Assembly: GCA_000708835.1 (NCBI GenBank)
Contig: DF236953.1
Location: forward strand, 296,990-360,989
Length of the DNA: 64,000 nucleotides
DNA from: Klebsormidium nitens
Lineage: Eukaryota > Plantae > Klebsormidiophyceae
Direction: 5' to 3'
In this document: one piece after another, positions 58,201 to 64,000 of the stretch
Numbering within the stretch: the stretch's first letter is position 1
Layout of the letters: each line of letters begins with the position of its first letter
Notes under the pieces: model-generated
What the model saw: the letters and a program-made list of their open reading frames with translations, nothing else
What the model was told of the DNA's origin: nothing
Database searches by the model: none
Made by a program: the position numbers and the translations under genes

Positions 58201-60648
58201 TACGAATAAGGTGCTTCATATCAATTTCAAGTTGCGAGCTTTGAGAAGCATGTTCGTGCCGGGCTAAGAGCTTGTGTCGTTGACATTGGCAGAAGTCCCT
58301 TCAAAGCGCATGCCACTACAGTAGACTCTGGCCGACTTCGAGAACGTTTGCCCTCAGGTGTAGCTGTGGGCCTTGCGACGTAAGACGTGAGTCACACTGC
58401 TTATGTTGTCTTGACCGTTTTCCGGACTGTTCGACAGCTGTGATAACGAAGAACAAGAAATCAAGCTGACTATGGATCTGAAACGACGGTAGCGAATTGT
58501 CAGTGTACCGATATTTGCAATTTTGCTCCTCAATGCAACCTCTGAAAATTCGATTGCTGTCGAGAATCCCCATAAGTTCGTGCCCCCGTTGCACCCTTGC
58601 TATGTTCTGTTAAAGATTTCCACGTGTGCACAGTCCGGCCTAGTTGCTCAGACTTCCAATCTCAAACAAGAATAGCGACCCCTTGCTTAAGCACGAGCGG
58701 AAGCGAAGGCAACCCCCCGGGGGCGTTTCGCTTTGCCGATGAACGCAGGGTTGGACGAAGTGACAGTCCCTAACCTCGATCATGTTCGAGTCAACGAGGA
58801 GCTACTAATCCAGCGTTCGTAAACGACCGCGAAAGGCTGTCTGAGATCAGTGATCTTGCTCAATAGCGAAAGTAAGTAATGACCGAGGACGCCAGGAAGC
58901 AAAGCACGAAGTACAGCTTTTGCACCTCTCTCATAAAACCTGCATTTATCGTTTGCGACGCTGCTCTTGCTGAAAATACGGGTCTTCAGGTTGAGCAATT
59001 GTTGATGACGTCAGTGTCTCGGTCTGTCGAGATGCCTGAACTTACTTCGGACATCGCGGCCGGGTCCGACGACACAAACACATGGTCCCGCCCCCCTGAC
59101 CGCTTCCACGGCTCCTGCGCCTCCACCCAACCCATCAGCGCCCGTTGCTCTGCCTCGTCATCATATCTTGCCACGTCAGCACCCCCTGCCACGTCAGCGC
59201 CGGCCCCCTGCGCCCGCACCTTGTCGAGCGGCAGCACGATCAGGCTCAGCGAGCTGAAGAACGGCACCAGGATGACGTCAGCATCCTCTGGTGACGTCAC
59301 CCTGATGGCCGTGGAACTAGAGACGTGCTGCCCCGCGTACGCGCTGCGCTTGCGCGGGTTTGCGGTCCCCGCGACGAGGGACTTTCGCCTGGCAGGACGG
59401 GGTTTCGCTCCGGAGGAAGAGTTACTGTGAGCTTCCAGGACTTTTCGCCTCATACTAGTTCCCCCGCTGGCGACCGTCCTCAACTCTTCTTGTGTGAATA
59501 GGCTCTGGAAGAGCCACCACTCAGAGGCGTGCTGATGTGCAGGGTATGCGGGAACTGTGTCTGGTCCACCTCCCTTGTCAGGTTCGCTGTCTTTGAGGCC
59601 GCGAGCTTGGTAGTATGTCTCAATCATGCCAAATGTGAACCTGCACATGGCCAGTCAGATTCAGATTGCAATTCCCATTTTTCATCCATGTCACAAGGTG
59701 ACTGATGGACAGAGTGTACTTTGGTCTGCTGCGTGGGGCTTTGCATTGGTTGGTGCTCTGGTTGTCTGTAGATGCATTTGATATTGCCACTTGGTGTTTT
59801 TCAGCGAACTAATCCTTGAAAAGAACCACAGGCCCTGGAAAGGACAGCGGCCAAAGTATAGAACCTTCTCATCGGCCTCAGCTCGGAGATCTGATGGAAT
59901 AAACAGCGACTTCATGCTTGCAGATCTGCTGTGGTCGTTGCTTGTCTTGACACACAGCAGTTTGAAGTCTAGAACGCGGTTAACGCAAGTGAATACCGCT
60001 TGTGGTTAAAGATTGAGACTGCTAATTATCCAGGGTGCGTTCATCACGGCCACAGTCTGGGGATCCTGGAAAATTCCATTGTGTTGGATTTCATGCACGG
60101 GGAACTCAACTCCATTCTTGCATGAGTACATTGTTGACGTACAAAGTGTAGCGCTATGATTGCTCAACTCAGCAATTGCACTTCAGTGCTTCTTTTCAGC
60201 AATCAGGCTTTTCCGGTGAGGGTGACAATGAATTGCAAAGTTGACATCAGTGGCAAACCTCTATTGATCAGCCACCAAAAGTGTTAGTGCAACAAGCTGA
60301 TGAAAAGTGGCAGTCTATCTTGGAAGTACGACTAATCCCACAAGAGATATGGCTGAACTTAGACTCTCACCTCCGAGGGACGTCATAGACAAAGACACGC
60401 AAAGGCTGACTGTCGCTCATCTCCACGCTTCCATCTTTGCTCAGGGGGCTTCTACTCCGTGCATGGTAGCTGCTAGCCGTCAGGACTTCCCTGTTCCCTG
60501 CACCTGAAACTCTCAACAAGGCTCTGGGGCTGTTGGCACGCAGGGTGCTTATGCTGCGAACAGCTGCTAGAGCTGCTATGCTGAGGCAGAGGCAAATGAG
60601 GAGATTGCTCTTTCGCGACGCAGCTGAAGAAAAGCTAAGGCTCCCCAT
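55295..60648 (-). CDS. Exostosin-family GT47 glycosyltransferase, ARAD-like clade, ~525 aa. Exons: 60648-60371, 59640-59046, 58191-57994, 57326-57185, 56052-55818, 55424-55295
   Basis: N-terminal TM ([16 protein letters not shown]), [11 protein letters not shown]|[55 protein letters not shown]|[14 protein letters not shown]|[32 protein letters not shown]. All junctions are phase-consistent. Confidence 0.94.
55975..56950 (-). repeat. Four clear (plus one faint) decaying echo copies, ~160-bp period, of the acceptor and 5' edge of the GT47 GDTP exon
   Basis: gcgtcgaagaggcggc...ggggtgtcgcctgg variants at ~56019 (real), ~56195, ~56354, ~56522 and ~56697. ORFs 56105-56392, 56472-56786 and 56519-56719 retain GDTP.., [13 protein letters not shown] and [17 protein letters not shown]. 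Confidence 0.9.
57295..57575 (-). repeat. Echo of the acceptor and 5' edge of GT47 exon 57326-57185 (~134-bp period)
   Basis: aacagcttcgt(g/c)cggatcgt(a/g)ccgccctggagatgaatg at 57301 and ~57438; ctagag(a/t)ttgaaggct at ~57411 and ~57546. Confidence 0.85.
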
Positions 60649-61123
60649 GACTCTAGCTATTAACAATGGAAGACTTGACTGAGAAGCTGAGCCGATAATA
60701 AGTGTGCAGTAAACACTGAGCAAATTGCTCGAGCCTTTGATTCTATATCATCAAATGACTATTTAGTGGTCGAGAGAAGAGATTGAAGGTCGAGCCTTCT
60801 TCTTCAAGGTTCTTCAGGCCCTCAGAAACAGTGCTGTGCAAAAATTGAAGAAGCTTGATAAGGGAGAAGGCGCACATTGCCAATGGCTGGAATCAGCTGG
60901 ACTTGCTGGCAGTTGGCTGGCGATCTTGCGCCACTTCTGGAAAGGAAATGTCGAAGTAGGCATATGCAATCCTCTGCCAATAATGCCAGCACTGGAGACT
61001 CCAGAGTTTCATCCACCATGAATGCTATAGACTAGGATAGTACTGAACATTTGCAGCAGCACATGTACAAGTTCATCTTCATCGAGCTCCGGAGCCAGCT
61101 CAGCTGCAGCTCAAGCCTCAGCC

Positions 61124-61138
61124 AAACCCTAACCCTAA
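61124..61138. promoter_or_regulatory. Telo-box-like AAACCCTAACCCTAA in the divergent promoter between GT47 and the next gene
   Basis: Seen directly; function is inferred from plant telo-boxes. Confidence 0.35.
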
Positions 61139-61556
61139 TATTGCCTGTACCTTGCTTGCGCAAATACAATCGACGGTCGACTTTCCCCTTCTATCAAAAA
61201 AGTTTGACTCAAGCTATCAAATGGACGGTCAGGAGTTGCTGAGATGGCGGCTGAGCGTATTCCCAGACTAATAGCTTTTTGAGCAGCTCATCCTAGTTGC
61301 TCCTTTCCAAGCAGCCAAGTTGAAAGTTTGCAATGATGCAGAGGAAGACAGCAGTGCCAGCAGCAGCTCAGCTTTGGTTCGCTTGAAAAGCAGCGCATGA
61401 AGTCTTTTGGAGGGAAAAACCCTTTTGAAACCGGAATGGCCAGGAAAAGCCGTCGCATTTCAAAAGAATAGGCAAGATTTAGTGTGCTCCTTGAACGTAT
61501 CTGGACGTGCTGCTTGCTGTTCTTGCAACCGTTTCGAAAGATAAAAGGTGGGCGAG

Positions 61557-64000
61557 ATGTCTGGGGCGCAGGACCTGAACACCGGCACCTTCATCAAGTC
61601 AGAGCTCCTGTGTGCAAGCTCGTAAGTCTTCATCAGCACACCTTGTGGAATGGATTAGCTTTGCCCCGGAGAAGAGTCTCGTGATTGTGCCCAAACTGCT
61701 TTCCACGCGATTTATCATTCACACCTACACTTTCGCAGCCTCCTTGCAATATTTGCACATTACCCCGTGCATGAAGGGATTGTTTCAAGAAGGGAAGATT
61801 GGATTGCCTCAAGCGTCTGAGGTCTGAAACCTCCTGTAGCAGGATTGAAAGTGCATCGCAAAGGGCAATTTTGTGAAGCAGTGATCATTCCTTTACGGAA
61901 TAAGGCTATGCTGCTTTACAAGTCAGCTTTCACTTTGAATACAGATCATGGTTGTGAGGTTCTCAATTGAGCCGCAAAGCCCGTTCCTGCAGTCCTGCAT
62001 GACATGCTCTTGACACCTTACATTGTTTACTGAATTTTTACGCCGTGAACTTCATTGAAAACCCTTAACCTGCCTGTTAGCAGCATCATTGACGACATCA
62101 TCGCTCGGTGGGAGAAGAGCTGTGGAAAGCTGACTGGTGAGTTTGCGGTTCTTGCAAAGTGCTTAGTTTCACACCACCACTCAGGTTTTTCTCTAGGATG
62201 GGTCGTGACACAGATTGGTCAGAACATCTCTGCAGGCTCTGGGTGGTTGTGATTGAGCTGTTGACAAGCATAACGCTCGCTTGCTGTTTCCCATGTTCTG
62301 ATTAGAGTTCAAGGTTGAAATAATTTGAGGACAGTAGAGCCATGCAATTGCAGTATCCTCAGGGTTCGAATTCCATAGTATTCTGAAATTGGTGTCAAGA
62401 GTGTTTAGCTCAACTTTCTCTACTTGGACTACACAGTGTCGTATCCCCAGGTCCTCATTTGACTCCAGATAACCACCAACCATACTTTCTGCCAACCACA
62501 TAGAACCATTTCATGTTGTCTTTTCTTGGAGTTCTGTTAATGATAGCTCACACAGGGAAGCTATTGTTGTAATGGTTTTAGGTTGGCAAGGCTGACTTCA
62601 ATTCAAGTGGCTGTGCTTCCGTGTTTAGGAATACTCAAAAGCTATCTCACCTTTTCTCAGGGCTGCTTGTGGTCATTGCGGTCGCCGAAGTAGATTGCTC
62701 TCTTGCCTTGGCGGTAATGAAAATGTGACAGTGACTTGTCATCTACCTCGGACCATTAAGAGTTCTTTTAGGCAAAATCATGCATGCTATAACTCGTCAT
62801 AATCATCGAGTCCTCCCTGACACAGGTGCGGACGCTGAGCTCATAGAGGTGATCCGGGGCAAGCAGAGAGAATGGGAAGAGGCTGTGATCAAGTACGAAA
62901 ACCCTCCCTCCAATGAGACTCCACACACCGACCCATCCTCCGGCCGCTCCGATGTCCTCGTCGGCCCTCGGTACGCAGCCTCGGAGCTGCGGACAGGTGG
63001 GAGTCTCTCGATTGAGGGGCCAATGTATGCAGCTTCTGTGAGGCAGGATGGTCCCTCGGGAAGCGAAGCGGGTGTAAGAGCTGGTCCTGCAACGTCCCTT
63101 TCAACAAGAGGAAGGGCTGGTGCTTCCAGCTCCGCTCCTGTTTGCACTCAGGATGCCGCAAAGTCAGCGGCAGGAGTAAACGCTCAGGGGAATGGTAATT
63201 ATGGAACTAGCTTAGAAGGCCAGGATTGGATCGCACGAAAGGCGAATGGGTTCAATGGAACAGCAGCAGCAGCGGAAAACCATAGCAGAGTCTCGGGGGC
63301 TGTTTCCGGCTTCATGGCTGTGTCTGGTGAGAGAGCCCAAAAGCGAGGTGCCCGCAGCGTCGATCTGGACAGTGTGGAGTTGGACGACGAGCGTCCAGCA
63401 TCCGCGCCTAGTTTCTCAGAGCCAGGGGGTCCGCCTTCGGAGGCTGCTGTGGGGAGGGAGGATAATGCGGCAGAAGCGGTAGGGCAGAAGGAAAGGCGAA
63501 AGCAGCGCCTGGAGAGAAAGCGCAGGAAAGAAAGCGACGGGGACAGCATTCCCGGGTCGAAGGCTGCTTTCGCTGCGCAACACGGTGGGGAGGGGCAGGC
63601 TTTGGCAGAGCGGGATGCTGGGCCTGAAAGGGAGCAACAGAATGGGAACAGACTGCCGCACTCGCTTAGTGGAGACATTGACTTGGGGCCTGCACTGGAA
63701 AAAGGTGAGACGTGGCTGAGGCGTCCGGAGGCTGAAGGGGACGAGCCACGTGTAAACGGGCATGCACCAGGGGGTGCAGCATCAGCGGGGAATGCCTATG
63801 AGGCATGCCTGGATGAAATCACTGCCCGTCCCCGACCTCTCTCGGCAGACTTCCCAGCGCTCGGCGAGGGGGTCCGGGTTCCAGCCGCCGCTGCCCCCCT
63901 GAAACGGTTCACGAACCTGCGGCGGCCGGAGAGCTGGGGGGGTGGGGATGACGTTACGGGGGCCAAGTCTAGCTGGGCGAAGCACATCTCCTCGAGGGCG
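61557..64000 (+). CDS. 5' part of a gene running off the window: short helical N-terminus followed by a long disordered exon; possibly TFIIA large-subunit-like. Exons tentatively 61557-61597, 62081-62136, 62826->64000
   Basis: The frame from 62826 stays open to the window end (ADAELIEVIRGKQREWEEAVIKYENPP...), so it is absent from the ORF track. Spliced N-terminus MSGAQDLNTGTFINSIIDDIIARWEKSCGKLTGADAELIEVIRGKQREWEE. Confidence 0.65.

Noticed and set aside
62355-62380. GGTTCGAATTCC, resembling a tRNA T-loop
   Set aside because: The T-stem does not pair properly, and no D-arm, anticodon arm or acceptor stem could be built.
63199-63763. 159-aa and 115-aa minus-strand ORFs
   Set aside because: They are antisense to the open plus-strand exon 62826-64000.
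1-64000. Endogenous giant-virus or bacterial HGT segment
   Set aside because: All recognisable genes are intron-rich and host-like; no intronless gene-dense block or viral hallmark motif was seen.

Overview
Eukaryotic, intron-rich genomic DNA with GC3-rich exons and GT/GC-AG introns. It is most consistent with a streptophyte (charophyte) alga such as Klebsormidium; this is inferred from the gene set (archaeal-type DTD2, plant-type MKP1, GDPD4 and GT47, together with a fungal/algal-type GT69). The ORF track is mostly exon fragments and antisense shadows, so gene models were assembled by hand from splice sites and reading-frame phase. In order: the last exon of a tail-anchored protein (+); a large UBA/CUE-SNF2-RING (SHPRH/RAD5-like) helicase-ligase (-); D-aminoacyl-tRNA deacylase DTD2/GEK1 (-); a TE-littered divergent promoter with a MITE nested in a possible hAT remnant; a ~970-aa type II membrane GT69/CAP59 mannosyltransferase-like protein with a jacalin lectin exon inserted inside its catalytic domain and a C-terminal bulb-type lectin domain (+); GDPD4-like phosphodiesterase (-); an aldehyde dehydrogenase (-); MAP kinase phosphatase MKP1 (+); an ARAD-like GT47 exostosin (-); and the 5' part of a gene with a possible TFIIA-large-like N-terminus (+). 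The most notable observations are (1) the dual-lectin GT69 architecture, (2) decaying tandem 'echo' copies of exon edges with their splice sites inside introns of most genes, and (3) purine-pyrimidine-alternating, palindrome-rich tracts lying downstream of gene 3' ends. No rRNA, tRNA, CRISPR array or viral segment was recognised. All protein family calls are by recognition of motifs; no database search was run.
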